24,000 bases of DNA from Sporolactobacillus mangiferae (GCF_023336505.1 NZ_JAMAST010000016.1:5723-29722); one strand, 5' to 3'; counted from the first letter of the stretch, positions 7,526 through 16,137 are shown. The notes: a model not told the origin generated them from the sequence alone. Program-made: numbers and translations.

Positions 7526-8746
7526 TTACTTTTTTCGCATTAAAAAATAAGGTGCTACCGGTGCGTCAACCGTCATCGTAACCGTCATCATCGGATTCGG
7601 CGCACGGTCAATCGCTTCCCCGTCTTCATTCCATAAGTCGTGTACCGTCTGCTTGAAGTGGACAAAATTTGGACCGTAGAACTCGACTTCTTCGCCGATG
7701 CCAAAGTTATTGCGCTGCTCCAGTGTGGCACGTCGTGTCACCGGATCATAGGCCAGGACCTGTGCGGCAAAGGTATATTTCGGGATTTTACGCGGTTTCC
7801 CGAATAACTGTTCCTTTTCGTTGGGGACGCCATAATAAAAACCTGTAGACAGATCACGCTGGGCCACCTTCCAGATTTCTTCATCCCATGCAGGATCAAA
7901 AACAAAGTGTTCCGGATCACGGCAATAGGCATCAACGGCGCTGCGATACACATTGGCAACAGTTGAAACATAGTGAATCGACTTCATGCGCCCTTCAATT
8001 TTCAGGCTGTTGACACCCGCTTCAATCATATCCGGAAGGTGATGCAGCATCGATAGATCGACGGCACTCATTGAGAACGGTTCACCCCCTTGCACGTGGC
8101 TGTGTGCCTCACCGTCATCCAGATCAAACAGATCGTATTTCCATCGGCATGACTGAGCACAGCCGCCGCGGTTCGCATCGCGGTTAACCATATGATTGGA
8201 CAGCGTGCAGCGTCCTGAGTAGGCGATGCACATCGCGCCATGCACGAACGCTTCAATCTCGATATCTGTATGCTGGCGCATGCCGCGAATCTCTTCGATG
8301 CCTACTTCGCGCGCAAGCACCACCCTCTCAAGGCCGATACTTTTCCAGAACTCCAGCGTCTTGTAGTTCGTTGCCGATGCCTGTGTCGACAGGTGAACCG
8401 GCAGACCGGGCGCCGCGTTGAAACAAACAACAATCAGCGCCGGATCAGAGACAATGACCGCGTCCACACCTATAGACTGCAAGGTTTTAAAAAATGCGTC
8501 CGCACCTCTGCCGTCCCCTTCATGCGTCACCATGTTCGCGGCGACATATACCCTGGAACTGCGTTCATGGGCAAAGGCGACCCCTTCAGCCATTTCTTCA
8601 TATGAAAAGTTCCCGGCCCGCGAGCGCAGACCAAAAGCCTGCCCGCCGATGTAGACTGCATCTGCACCGTAGCGGATCGCCATTTTCAATTTTTCCAGAT
8701 TGCCTGCTGGAGCAAGCACTTCAGGTTTCTTTACCATCGTCTTCAT
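7526..8746 (-). CDS. yrrO: Peptidase U32 family protein, YrrO-like (prephenate-dependent tRNA ho5U34 hydroxylase TrhP-type)
   Basis: 406 aa. KPEVLAPAGNLEKLKMAIRYGADAVYIGG..FGLRSRAGNF matches the U32 N-terminus, and the Cys cluster CIAYSGRC..C..C is present. AAGGAG lies 7 nt upstream of the ATG at 8746. It is paired with a second U32 gene, as in B. subtilis yrrN-yrrO. Confidence 0.85.
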   Translation of the reverse strand: MKTMVKKPEVLAPAGNLEKLKMAIRYGADAVYIGGQAFGLRSRAGNFSYEEMAEGVAFAHERSSRVYVAANMVTHEGDGRGADAFFKTLQSIGVDAVIVSDPALIVVCFNAAPGLPVHLSTQASATNYKTLEFWKSIGLERVVLAREVGIEEIRGMRQHTDIEIEAFVHGAMCIAYSGRCTLSNHMVNRDANRGGCAQSCRWKYDLFDLDDGEAHSHVQGGEPFSMSAVDLSMLHHLPDMIEAGVNSLKIEGRMKSIHYVSTVANVYRSAVDAYCRDPEHFVFDPAWDEEIWKVAQRDLSTGFYYGVPNEKEQLFGKPRKIPKYTFAAQVLAYDPVTRRATLEQRNNFGIGEEVEFYGPNFVHFKQTVHDLWNEDGEAIDRAPNPMMTVTMTVDAPVAPYFLMRKK

Positions 8747-8779
8747 GATCGTACTCCTTCATCGCAACTCAAAAAATGG

Positions 8780-9700
8780 TTAATGAACGTCCTCGGGATT
8801 TTTCATATAGAAGCCCGTGCCAAGCGGCCGATGTTCAGGCTGAAGTTTCTTTAATCGGTTGATGAACGACTCTGGAACAAAAGCCCCTGCTTCGATGGCC
8901 CGTCTTGCTTCATCAAACAAGGCAACGATCGACACGAACGCGTCGCCGCGGAGCAGCACACCGTCCAGTTTCCATGTGTCCAGACCGTTTTCATGCATGA
9001 TCTTCAGTTGACCCATCAGCGTTAAATCTTCAGTTGAAAATATATGTGTACCGTCTGTATCTTCGATAATCGGATACTGGCTGCCGGCATTTTTCGGATC
9101 ACGCAGGAACAGGACCTGATCATCCAGCCTGGAGGCCCTGTCACCTGATGTATAGTGAAAATAATTGGTCAGCAGCGGCCGCCCCGACTGATGAATGCAG
9201 GTCGGACCGTATACAAGCACTTCGATCGGTCGATCCAGTTTTTGCTGCATCATTATAAGCTCTTTCAAGGTCAGTTCGCGTGCGGCGACAGCACCGGACG
9301 CTCCCTGACCAATCCAAAAGGCGATTTGCTCCGCCGAAGTAACCAATGTACCCGCATCATAAATATATGGAATCGGAAGTGCCTGTTCTTTCAGCATAAG
9401 AATGGCCCCAGGATCTCCGACTGCAAGAGCATCCACCTTCATCTCAGCCAGCTGAGTCAGATAGGCTGCAAACTGATCAATCTGCTTGTTGTGCATCAGC
9501 GCATTGCATGCCACTGTGACCGCCTTCCCGCGGCTATGTGCCAGCCGAACGATCGACTCGATCTCTTCCAGGCCAAGCGGGCGCGGCAGACGCAGACCGA
9601 ATGGATGACCACCAGCATAGAGACGGTCCGCTCCCGCATCGATCAGCGCCTCTGCCTGATTCATTGATTCTGCCGTCGCAATGATTTCAATCAAAGTCAT
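8780..9700 (-). CDS. yrrN: Peptidase U32 family protein, YrrN-like
   Basis: The U32 pattern is present (..AGADRLYAGG.PFGLRL.., VYGPTCIHQSG). The start is uncertain. An extended -10 box at 9731-9739 puts the transcript start near 9724, so the track ATG at 9718 has no room for an SD. GGAGG at 9702-9706 favours TTG at 9694 (7-nt spacing) or ATG at 9700. Confidence 0.8.
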   Translation of the reverse strand: MTLIEIIATAESMNQAEALIDAGADRLYAGGHPFGLRLPRPLGLEEIESIVRLAHSRGKAVTVACNALMHNKQIDQFAAYLTQLAEMKVDALAVGDPGAILMLKEQALPIPYIYDAGTLVTSAEQIAFWIGQGASGAVAARELTLKELIMMQQKLDRPIEVLVYGPTCIHQSGRPLLTNYFHYTSGDRASRLDDQVLFLRDPKNAGSQYPIIEDTDGTHIFSTEDLTLMGQLKIMHENGLDTWKLDGVLLRGDAFVSIVALFDEARRAIEAGAFVPESFINRLKKLQPEHRPLGTGFYMKNPEDVH

Positions 9701-9730
9701 ACCTCCGCATTCTTTCATTCCGTAAGCTTC

Positions 9731-9739
9731 ATTATAACA
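9731..9739 (-). promoter_or_regulatory. Extended -10 promoter element (TGtTATAAT) for yrrN-yrrO
   Basis: Minus strand reads catGTTATAATgaagc, that is TG-n-TATAAT. No good -35 box, which is usual for extended -10 promoters. Confidence 0.5.
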
Positions 9740-9869
9740 TGAACGCTAACATACTGTGAGCGTCACTCATCGGCACAGGTTGTTTTTGTGCTATGCTAAT
9801 GTATATACAGATTGAGCGCAGATGAAATCATGGACTTGCAAATGCGCATGGTCAGGGAGTGAATAAGAC

Positions 9870-10733
9870 ATGATTGGATTTATCGGAACAGGTCTGATGG
9901 GCAGCCGTATGGCCGGGCGTCTGATTGACGCCGGAAATGAACTGGTCGTCTATAACCGGACACGGACAAAGGCGGAACCGCTGATCATAAAAGGAGCACG
10001 CTGGGCAAATTCACCTAAGCAGGTCGGTGCTCAGACTGACATCGTATTTACAATGCTCGCAGATCCTCAGGCTGTCGATGCAGTCGCCTATGGCGAAGAC
10101 GGATTGCTCAACGGGCTGAAACCAGGCAGCCTTTGGGTGGACAGCAGCACGATCAGTCCGACACAGTCGATCAGACTTGCGAAAGCTGCCCAAGAAAAAG
10201 AGATTCGTTTTCTGGACGCACCGGTTGCCGGATCAACCGGCCCTGCGGAAAAAGGGGAACTGGTATTCTTTGTCGGAGGGTCCGAGAAAGCACTTGAAGA
10301 AGCACGGCCACTGCTGGAAATCATGGGCAAGGCCGTTCATTACAAGGGTACAAACGGCGCAGGAGCGGCCATGAAACTGGTCAACAACCTGATGCTTGGA
10401 CAGACCGTCGCCGCATTCTCCGAAGCACTTGCGTTCGGGGAAAGCCTTGGACTGGATAAGGCGGGCATCATACGCTCTCTTTTTGCCGGACCGACAGCCG
10501 CACCGATTCTCCATTTCAAAGCGGACAAATTCATGAACGAAGATTTCGCGCATGCGGATTTCAAAGTGAACAGCATCTACAAAGATATGGAACTCGCCTC
10601 AGAAGAAGCGTACACACACGGCTTCGCGCTGCCGCTCTCGAATGCAGTTAAAGCGATGTACGGTCTTTGCCAGCAGCAGGGCAAAGGTACGCACGATTTT
10701 GCGACACTCTACGACTTCCTGAAGAAAAAATAA
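9870..10733 (+). CDS. NAD(P)-dependent beta-hydroxyacid dehydrogenase (3-hydroxyisobutyrate / 6-phosphogluconate dehydrogenase-like family)
   Basis: 287 aa. N-terminal Rossmann motif IGFIGTGLMGSRMAGRL. The family core (DAPV(A/S)G, KLVNN..) is typical of HIBADH/GarR/YkwC-type enzymes. Confidence 0.85.
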   Translation: MIGFIGTGLMGSRMAGRLIDAGNELVVYNRTRTKAEPLIIKGARWANSPKQVGAQTDIVFTMLADPQAVDAVAYGEDGLLNGLKPGSLWVDSSTISPTQSIRLAKAAQEKEIRFLDAPVAGSTGPAEKGELVFFVGGSEKALEEARPLLEIMGKAVHYKGTNGAGAAMKLVNNLMLGQTVAAFSEALAFGESLGLDKAGIIRSLFAGPTAAPILHFKADKFMNEDFAHADFKVNSIYKDMELASEEAYTHGFALPLSNAVKAMYGLCQQQGKGTHDFATLYDFLKKK

Positions 10734-10927
10734 AAGCAGGCCAATCTGGGGCTAGATGCCGTTCGGAAGCCGCCGGGGGTGTGTCTATTCACGCAGCAGC
10801 ACAAGCGGTCACTTTTACGCTGTTCAACTGAATTCCGCCGGTTCAGTCGACATTTTTCATTATTCGGTTGCGGCTGAACTTTTTGTCGATTCATTTTGAC
10901 AACTTTAGCATTTCCATTTGATGAATA

Positions 10928-10956
10928 AAGGAGCAGGGCGCGCAGCTCTGCTCCTT
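10928..10956 (-). terminator. Hairpin after the manA-ORF140 operon (weak terminator)
   Basis: AAGGAGCAG-(11 nt)-CTGCTCCTT lies directly after the TAG at 10960-10962. On the minus strand only a weak T-rich tail (TATTCAT) follows. Confidence 0.4.
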
Positions 10957-10959
10957 TAG

Positions 10960-11382
10960 CTATGCCTTTCTTCTCCGCCATTTTCTTCCTGAGGTATGCT
11001 TTTTCATGCTTCTGTGTGTGTCGGCAGTGATTTGTCTGGCCACTCGCCTGATTTTTTCAGAAAGTGATAGCATTGGCACGGTATCAACCTGAACATGCAC
11101 GTTATGTTTGCTGGCGAGTGAAGCTGTCTGCAGCGCAATGCCGACGGCGGCATTTTCCAGCAGCAGGATGGTGCGGCAGCGGGCGATGCTCCGTTCAGCC
11201 CGGGCCAGCTCTTTTTCCTTCAGCTTTTCGCCCTCACCATTCAGAAAGACAACGCGCGCGCAGCTTTGATCGCAGCGCCGGATCACTGCCGGTTTCTTTC
11301 GTTTCCTTTTCACCGGCAAATAACGTTCGCGCGGAGGAGCGCCGACGACCATGATCATCGGCTTTTTTAATCGAATCTTCAT
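10960..11382 (-). CDS. Hypothetical, highly basic 140-aa protein, translationally coupled to manA
   Basis: The start overlaps the manA stop (TAATG). The central segment RTILLLENAAVGIALQTASLASKHNVHVQVDTVPML loosely resembles the L7Ae/YlxQ-type core (LLxxDA...........V..V.S...L). Both termini are K/R-rich. Coding status is plausible but unproven. Confidence 0.45.
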   Translation of the reverse strand: MKIRLKKPMIMVVGAPPRERYLPVKRKRKKPAVIRRCDQSCARVVFLNGEGEKLKEKELARAERSIARCRTILLLENAAVGIALQTASLASKHNVHVQVDTVPMLSLSEKIRRVARQITADTHRSMKKHTSGRKWRRRKA

Positions 11383-12338
11383 TATACAGGACTGGACACA
11401 ATCAAATCAGCATAACCAGTGATTTGCAGAGCGTCCACTGCCGCTGGAACGACGAGATGATCACCTTTTCTGAGTGCATAACCTGTCTGATCAATGTGCA
11501 GCTTTCCCTCGCCATCAAGCACACTCATGAGCAGGAACGGCCAATTTTTCTTGATCGGTTCTGTTCGGCCGCGCACTTCCCAATGGGAGACCGTAAACAG
11601 GTGCTCACGCAACAGTTCGGTGAATTTCGCCTCAGCTTCCTGACGCACATGGTAGGTCAGTTCAGGATCGACATGCGGACAGTTTGCCACCTCGATCGAT
11701 TGCTCAATATGCAGTTCACGCGGTTTGCCATCTGCTCCCGGCCGGTCATAATCATACACACGGTAGGTGATGTCCGAACTTTGCTGCGTCTCAAGAATCA
11801 GACAGCCGCCACAGATTGCGTGAATCGTGCCACTCGGAACATAGAAGAAGTCACCTGGCTTCACTCTGACGCGCCGAAGCAGGCTGTCCCATTTTTTCTC
11901 AGCAACCGCTCTGCGGAATGCTTCGCGCGATGAGGCTGTATGGCCGTACACGATTTCTGCATTTTCATCACAATCAATAATGTACCAGCACTCCGTTTTT
12001 CCGAACGGCACATGTTCCTTGTCCTGTGCGTAAGCGTCATTCGGATGCACCTGCACGGACAGATCCTCGCGTGCATCCAGAATTTTCGTCAGCAATGGGA
12101 AATCGTCACCGGCATAATGATCGAAAAGCTCCCGATGCTGCGTCCACGCGTCAGCCAGCGTTTTACCGGCCAGTGATCCGTTCATGATCACCGCCGGTCC
12201 ATTCGGATGTGCGGAGATGCCCCAGCATTCGCCGGTCGTGTCACTTGGGATCGTGTACCCGAACAAATCACGCAGCCGCGTGCCGCCCCAAATTTTTTCA
12301 CGAAATGAAGGTTGTAGAAAAAGTGGTGTTTTATCCAT
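11382..12338 (-). CDS. manA: Mannose-6-phosphate isomerase, class I
   Basis: PLFLQPSFREKIWGGTRLRDLFGY.IPSDTTGECWGISAHPNGP closely parallels B. subtilis ManA/Pmi. I set the start to the ATG at 12338 (MDKTPLFLQP). The track start at 12365 is a TTG only about 7 nt from the predicted transcript start. Confidence 0.9.
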   Translation of the reverse strand: MDKTPLFLQPSFREKIWGGTRLRDLFGYTIPSDTTGECWGISAHPNGPAVIMNGSLAGKTLADAWTQHRELFDHYAGDDFPLLTKILDAREDLSVQVHPNDAYAQDKEHVPFGKTECWYIIDCDENAEIVYGHTASSREAFRRAVAEKKWDSLLRRVRVKPGDFFYVPSGTIHAICGGCLILETQQSSDITYRVYDYDRPGADGKPRELHIEQSIEVANCPHVDPELTYHVRQEAEAKFTELLREHLFTVSHWEVRGRTEPIKKNWPFLLMSVLDGEGKLHIDQTGYALRKGDHLVVPAAVDALQITGYADLIVSSPV

Positions 12339-12379
12339 ATCCGAGATCGTCCCCCGTTCTGTCAAATCAATCCGAACCT

Positions 12380-12388
12380 ATTATACCA
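12380..12388 (-). promoter_or_regulatory. Extended -10 promoter element (TGgTATAAT) for manA
   Basis: Minus strand reads aaTGGTATAATagg, about 42 nt upstream of the ATG at 12338. Confidence 0.5.
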
Positions 12389-12644
12389 TTCTTTTAGACC
12401 GAAAATGATTGCGCTTTAGTGTTTGTTTTTTGTCACATCCGGTTTGTGAACGAAAGACGGCTTCAGCAAATCGGCCGCTCGTCTGATGGCCAGGCAGAAA
12501 AAAATGAAAGATTATTTCATACAGTATCGCAGTTTTCGCCAATTTATTATAAAATTTGAGGTATTGCTTTCTCTGTCTGGCAGGAAAGCTAAGCCATCAT
12601 TTCTTTTTTGTATGCTCACGTCAATTTGAAGAGGAGTGTGATTC

Positions 12645-13985
12645 ATGAATTCAGCACAGAATCCCGGAAAAATTTTGTCCCTTGGCATTCAGCACATGCT
12701 GGCGATGTACGGCGGAGCGGTAATTGTGCCGCTGATTGTCGGAGGCGCGGTCGGTCTGAATAGTGCAGAACTTGCATTGCTCGTTTCGATTGATCTGGCT
12801 GCCTGCGGTCTTGCGACACTGCTTCAGGCATGGAAAAACCGGTTTTTCGGCATTGGTCTGCCGATCGTCATGGGCTGTACCTTCACAGCGGTTTCACCAA
12901 TGATTATTATCGGCAAGTCATACGGGATGCCCGGCATATGCGGAGCGATTCTCGTATCCGGATTGGTCGTCCTGATTCTTTCGACTTTCTTCGGTAAAAT
13001 CGTCCGATTCTTTCCCCCGGTAGTTGTCGGCACAGTGGTGATGATTATCGGACTGACGCTGATCCCGGTTGCTGTAAACAATTTAGGCGGCGGAAGCGGC
13101 GCCAAAAATTTCGGCAGCCCGCAGAATTTGATTCTCGGATTCGGCGTACTCGTCCTGATCGTCATCATGAACCGCTTTTTTAAAGGATTTCTGCGCACGA
13201 TTTCAATTCTGCTCAGCATCGTTATTGGTACGCTTGCTGCAGCATTAATGGGTATGGTCAACTTTTCATCGGTCGCAAGTGCAGGATGGTTCAGCATGAT
13301 CAAGCCGTTCAGTTTCGGCGCGCCAACCTTTCACGCTGATGCGATTATTGCGATGTCGATTGTCGGTATGGTCAGCTTAATCGAAACCACCGGTGTTTAT
13401 ATGGCACTCAGCGATATTACCAGACAGCCGATCAATGAAAAGTCGATGGAGCACGGCTATCGCGCGGAAGGGTTAGCCATTCTCGTTGGCGGTCTTTTCA
13501 ACGCGTTCCCATACACCACCTTTTCACAGAACGTTGGTCTTGTTCAGATGACTGGAGTTAAAACACGTAAAGTCGCGATTGTCTGCGGATTTTCTTTAGT
13601 TGTCCTTGGCTTGATTCCAAAAATCGGAGCTTTGACTGTGCTGATTCCTAATGCGGTCATCGGCGGTGCAACGCTTGCCATGTTCGGTATGGTGATCGCT
13701 TCCGGTGTTCGCATGCTTGGCAAGGTAGATTTCGCGCGGCAGGATAATCTGCTGATTGTTGCCTGCTCCATTGGTGTCGGTCTCGGCGTTACCGTTCAGC
13801 CGGCACTGTTCGCCAAACTGCCGAGTCTCGTACAGATCCTTACCAATAACGGCATTGTTGCCGGCAGTCTGACCGCGCTTATTCTGAATATTGTCTTTAA
13901 TGTCGGCCGGAAGCAGGATGAGCTTGAAACAACCGATCTCTCCAAACAGATGGTTGCTGAAGCAAGCGCTGCAAAATCTGAATAA
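12645..13985 (+). CDS. pbuX: NCS2-family nucleobase:cation symporter (xanthine/uric acid permease, PbuX-like)
   Basis: 446 aa. LSLGIQHMLAMYGGAVIVPLIVG..NRFFGIGLPIVMGCTFTAVSPMI..FFPPVVVGTVV parallels B. subtilis PbuX. GAGGAG lies 8 nt upstream of the ATG. Confidence 0.85.
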   Translation: MNSAQNPGKILSLGIQHMLAMYGGAVIVPLIVGGAVGLNSAELALLVSIDLAACGLATLLQAWKNRFFGIGLPIVMGCTFTAVSPMIIIGKSYGMPGICGAILVSGLVVLILSTFFGKIVRFFPPVVVGTVVMIIGLTLIPVAVNNLGGGSGAKNFGSPQNLILGFGVLVLIVIMNRFFKGFLRTISILLSIVIGTLAAALMGMVNFSSVASAGWFSMIKPFSFGAPTFHADAIIAMSIVGMVSLIETTGVYMALSDITRQPINEKSMEHGYRAEGLAILVGGLFNAFPYTTFSQNVGLVQMTGVKTRKVAIVCGFSLVVLGLIPKIGALTVLIPNAVIGGATLAMFGMVIASGVRMLGKVDFARQDNLLIVACSIGVGLGVTVQPALFAKLPSLVQILTNNGIVAGSLTALILNIVFNVGRKQDELETTDLSKQMVAEASAAKSE

Positions 13986-14036
13986 ACAGCAGGCCTTCAA
14001 AAAAATAAGCGGTTCCAGAAATCTTTAAAAATAGAT

Positions 14037-14079
14037 AAGCGGAGAGAAAGGTTGAATCTTTCTCTCCGCTTATTTGTTT
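14037..14079. terminator. Bidirectional rho-independent terminator between pbuX-like and yjdF
   Basis: AAGCGGAGAGAAAG-(8 nt)-CTTTCTCTCCGCTT has T-rich runs on both strands: TATTTGTTT on plus and ATCTATTTTT on minus. Confidence 0.85.
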
Positions 14080-14088
14080 ATTGAGGGA

Positions 14089-14490
14089 TCAGCCTTTCCC
14101 GCGATGCCTTAACCTGGCTTTCCTTTTTCTCAGTTGATACTCTTGTTTTTTTAGAAGTTCTTTTTCTTCCCTGCTGCGTATGCGATTCAATTTCTTTTTT
14201 TGTTCAATTGCTTCCTTCATAGCTGTCTGCGCTTTTGTCCCGATGCCTGAACCTCGAGACTCTTTTGCAGCCATCCGTCTTAATCGCTTCGCATTGATCC
14301 GTTTGCCCGGGCGTCTTGTTCTCTTCGCCGAGGGCATAGATAGACTTTGATCAATCAGTCGATCCAAATCACGAAGAACAAAAGATAAGACATCGGGATT
14401 GCTCGGTTCAGGTCCGAACACATGCCGCGCGATCACTGCTTCAACAACACCGACCCAATACTGTTCATCGAAATACACCGTTAATTTCAT
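14089..14490 (-). CDS. yjdF: YjdF-family protein (DUF2992)
   Basis: 133 aa. MKLTVYFDEQYWVGVVE.. followed by a lysine/arginine-rich C-terminal half ending ..RHRGKG. This is very close to B. subtilis YjdF as recalled. Confidence 0.85.
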   Translation of the reverse strand: MKLTVYFDEQYWVGVVEAVIARHVFGPEPSNPDVLSFVLRDLDRLIDQSLSMPSAKRTRRPGKRINAKRLRRMAAKESRGSGIGTKAQTAMKEAIEQKKKLNRIRSREEKELLKKQEYQLRKRKARLRHRGKG

Positions 14491-14605
14491 AGAAAGCGCC
14501 TCCTCAGTTGTTTCATGAAATGACGGACATCCCGAGGAGGGAAGGATACTGATATCATCATTGATACATCCGGACTACCGACCGGATCGTGTTTTTTCAT
14601 CTCAT
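14491..14605 (-). promoter_or_regulatory. yjdF-motif (azaaromatic) riboswitch candidate in the yjdF 5' UTR
   Basis: The leader is about 115 nt. It contains hairpin ATCCGG-(8 nt)-CCGGAT, a second hairpin GGATGT..GTATCC, and CCTCCTC (plus-strand 14534-14540). That last element is perfectly complementary to the SD GAGGAGG (14499-14505), which lies 8 nt before the ATG. The gene context matches the known yjdF riboswitch class. I could not run a covariance model. Confidence 0.55.
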
Positions 14606-14611
14606 AACATG

Positions 14612-14640
14612 ATTGAAGCATAGCAAAAGAATGCTGTCAA
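14612..14640 (-). promoter_or_regulatory. SigA-type promoter of yjdF (TTGACA-17-TTCAAT)
   Basis: Minus strand reads TTGACAgcattcttttgctatgcTTCAAT, with exact 17-nt spacing. Confidence 0.6.
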
Positions 14641-14661
14641 CGCCGTTTGCTGGCTGGTGAC

Positions 14662-14703
14662 TTGCAGAACTAGAGAAATAGAATTATAATGACTATATAG
14701 TCA
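14662..14703 (+). promoter_or_regulatory. SigA-type promoter (TTGCAG-17-TATAAT) overlapped by a perfect 14-bp palindromic operator TGACTATATAGTCA
   Basis: -35 box at 14662-14667, -10 box at 14685-14690, palindrome at 14690-14703. All lie directly upstream of the TetR gene, the classic autoregulated TetR arrangement. Confidence 0.65.
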
Positions 14704-14722
14704 GTGAGTGAGGAGTCATTAT

Positions 14723-15313
14723 ATGAATAAGCGTGAACTGCAAAGGCAACAGACACGTGCCACCATTCTTACCGCCGCCGACCACATTTATGCGGCGCAT
14801 GGCTTTATACGCCCATCAACACAGATGATTGCCAAAGAAGCCGGAGTCGCTCACGGCACAGTTTTTCTCCATTTCCAGTCACAGGAAAAACTAATTTTGG
14901 CAGTGATTGAACATTTGGGAATGGCATTAACGGCACAAATTCACGAAGCATCAGAACCAGGGCATTCACTCAGTGACATTCTGCGCACACATCTGGACGC
15001 GATTGAAGCAAGCGAAGCGCTTTATACGCATTTGATTCTGGACCTGCCACAGTTGCCAGAAGAAGCACAGCAAACCGTGATCGGCATTCAATCAGTGATT
15101 GCCCATCATATGGATCAAGTCATAGGCCAGTTGAAGAAAGAGAAGAAAATAAAGGATCTCAGCTTTTCTTTCCTGTTCACGACATGGATCGGACTTATTC
15201 ATTACTATCTGATGAACCGCAGGCTGTTTGCACCGCATGGATCAGTCCTTGCTTTTTACAAAGATCAATTAATCGCAAATTTTATAAAACTGCTGGAGGT
15301 GGATTGCAAGTGA
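14723..15313 (+). CDS. TetR/AcrR-family transcriptional regulator
   Basis: The N-terminal HTH reads TRATILTAADHIYAAHGF...STQMIAKEAGVAHGTVFLHF. The ATG at 14723 has AGGAG 7 nt upstream. The track start at 14708 is a GTG that abuts and partly overlaps the SD. Confidence 0.9.
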   Translation: MNKRELQRQQTRATILTAADHIYAAHGFIRPSTQMIAKEAGVAHGTVFLHFQSQEKLILAVIEHLGMALTAQIHEASEPGHSLSDILRTHLDAIEASEALYTHLILDLPQLPEEAQQTVIGIQSVIAHHMDQVIGQLKKEKKIKDLSFSFLFTTWIGLIHYYLMNRRLFAPHGSVLAFYKDQLIANFIKLLEVDCK

Positions 15314-15624
15314 ATACAATGGACTTTTTTATGAAGGAAGCTCCTGAAGCTGCGCAAGCATTTAATGGGCTCATCAACTCGCTATCAGAATCTACAGGAC
15401 TTGATCCAAAGACAAAACAGCTCATCTACACCGCCATGAGGGCGTCGCAAGGTGACACTGCCGCCGTAGTCGCTCATGCTCGGATGTTGAAAAGGATTGG
15501 CGCTTCGCGTGATGAATTAAAGGAAGCCATTTTAATGACGCTGACCGTCTCCGGAATCAAAGGCATCGCGGCCTGTCTGGAACCGGCGCTTCACGTATTT
15601 GATTCGGAGGTCGATGAAAAATGA
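15310..15624 (+). CDS. Carboxymuconolactone decarboxylase (AhpD-like/CMD) family protein
   Basis: A CMD-like helical core is present (..LDPKTKQLIYTAMRASQGDTAAVVAHARMLKRIGASRDELKEAI..). The probable start is the GTG at 15310, which overlaps the TetR stop (GTGA) and follows GGAGGTG. The ATG at 15319 is an alternative. The track start at 15184 lies inside tetR. Confidence 0.7.
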   Translation: MNTMDFFMKEAPEAAQAFNGLINSLSESTGLDPKTKQLIYTAMRASQGDTAAVVAHARMLKRIGASRDELKEAILMTLTVSGIKGIAACLEPALHVFDSEVDEK

Positions 15625-15869
15625 AACAATGCATCGCATGCGGCATGCCGATGAAAAAAATTGACGACTATCCACTTGGCGACACAACGAAGGACTATTG
15701 CAAATTTTGTGCCCGTCCGGATGGGAGTATGCAAAATTACGATGAAAAATTGTCGTCTATGACCCAATTCATCATAAGAACCCAGGGACTCAATCCCGGT
15801 GTCGCGCAAAAATCCGCGGCATTCATGATGAGTAAACTTCCTGCATGGAAGAGCAATTCTGATGACTGA
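15621..15869 (+). CDS. Small putative zinc-ribbon protein (CxxC ... CxxC)
   Basis: 82 aa, MKQCIACGMPM...DYCKFCARPDG. ATGA start/stop overlap with the CMD gene. GGAGG lies 10 nt upstream. Confidence 0.65.
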   Translation: MKQCIACGMPMKKIDDYPLGDTTKDYCKFCARPDGSMQNYDEKLSSMTQFIIRTQGLNPGVAQKSAAFMMSKLPAWKSNSDD

Positions 15870-16137
15870 GCTACCCGATCTTCCCAACCTCGGTCCGGTA
15901 CTTATTCACACGTTAAATAAAGTTAATATCTACACTGTGGAAGAACTGCGAACTAAAGGAAGCGAGCGCGCCTATCTTGCGATAAAAGAAATTGATCCAA
16001 CTGCCTGCCTGAGCAAACTTTATGCACTGGAAGGAGCAGTGCAAGGGATTCGCTGGCATTTGTTGCCTGCCGACAGAAAAAAAGAGTTGAAAACATTTTT
16101 TGATCATCATAGGTCAGACGAACAAATGGCTGAATAA
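15862..16137 (+). CDS. Stand-alone TfoX C-terminal (helix-hairpin-helix) domain protein
   Basis: 91 aa. LPNLGPVLIHTLNKVNIYTVEELRTKGSERAYLAIK..DPTACLSKLYALEGAVQGIRWHLL matches the TfoX_C pattern as recalled. It overlaps the previous gene by 8 nt. Confidence 0.7.
   Translation: MTELPDLPNLGPVLIHTLNKVNIYTVEELRTKGSERAYLAIKEIDPTACLSKLYALEGAVQGIRWHLLPADRKKELKTFFDHHRSDEQMAE

Noticed and set aside
12389-12644. Purine (guanine/xanthine) riboswitch upstream of the PbuX-like permease
   Set aside because: B. subtilis xpt-pbuX has a G-box. Here the hallmark elements (UAUAAU..UAUGG..GUUUCUACC..CCGUAAA) are absent. Only a modest hairpin is seen (GCTTTC..GAAAGC, about 12567-12590), with a T-run 12 nt away. 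That is not a convincing terminator or a known aptamer.
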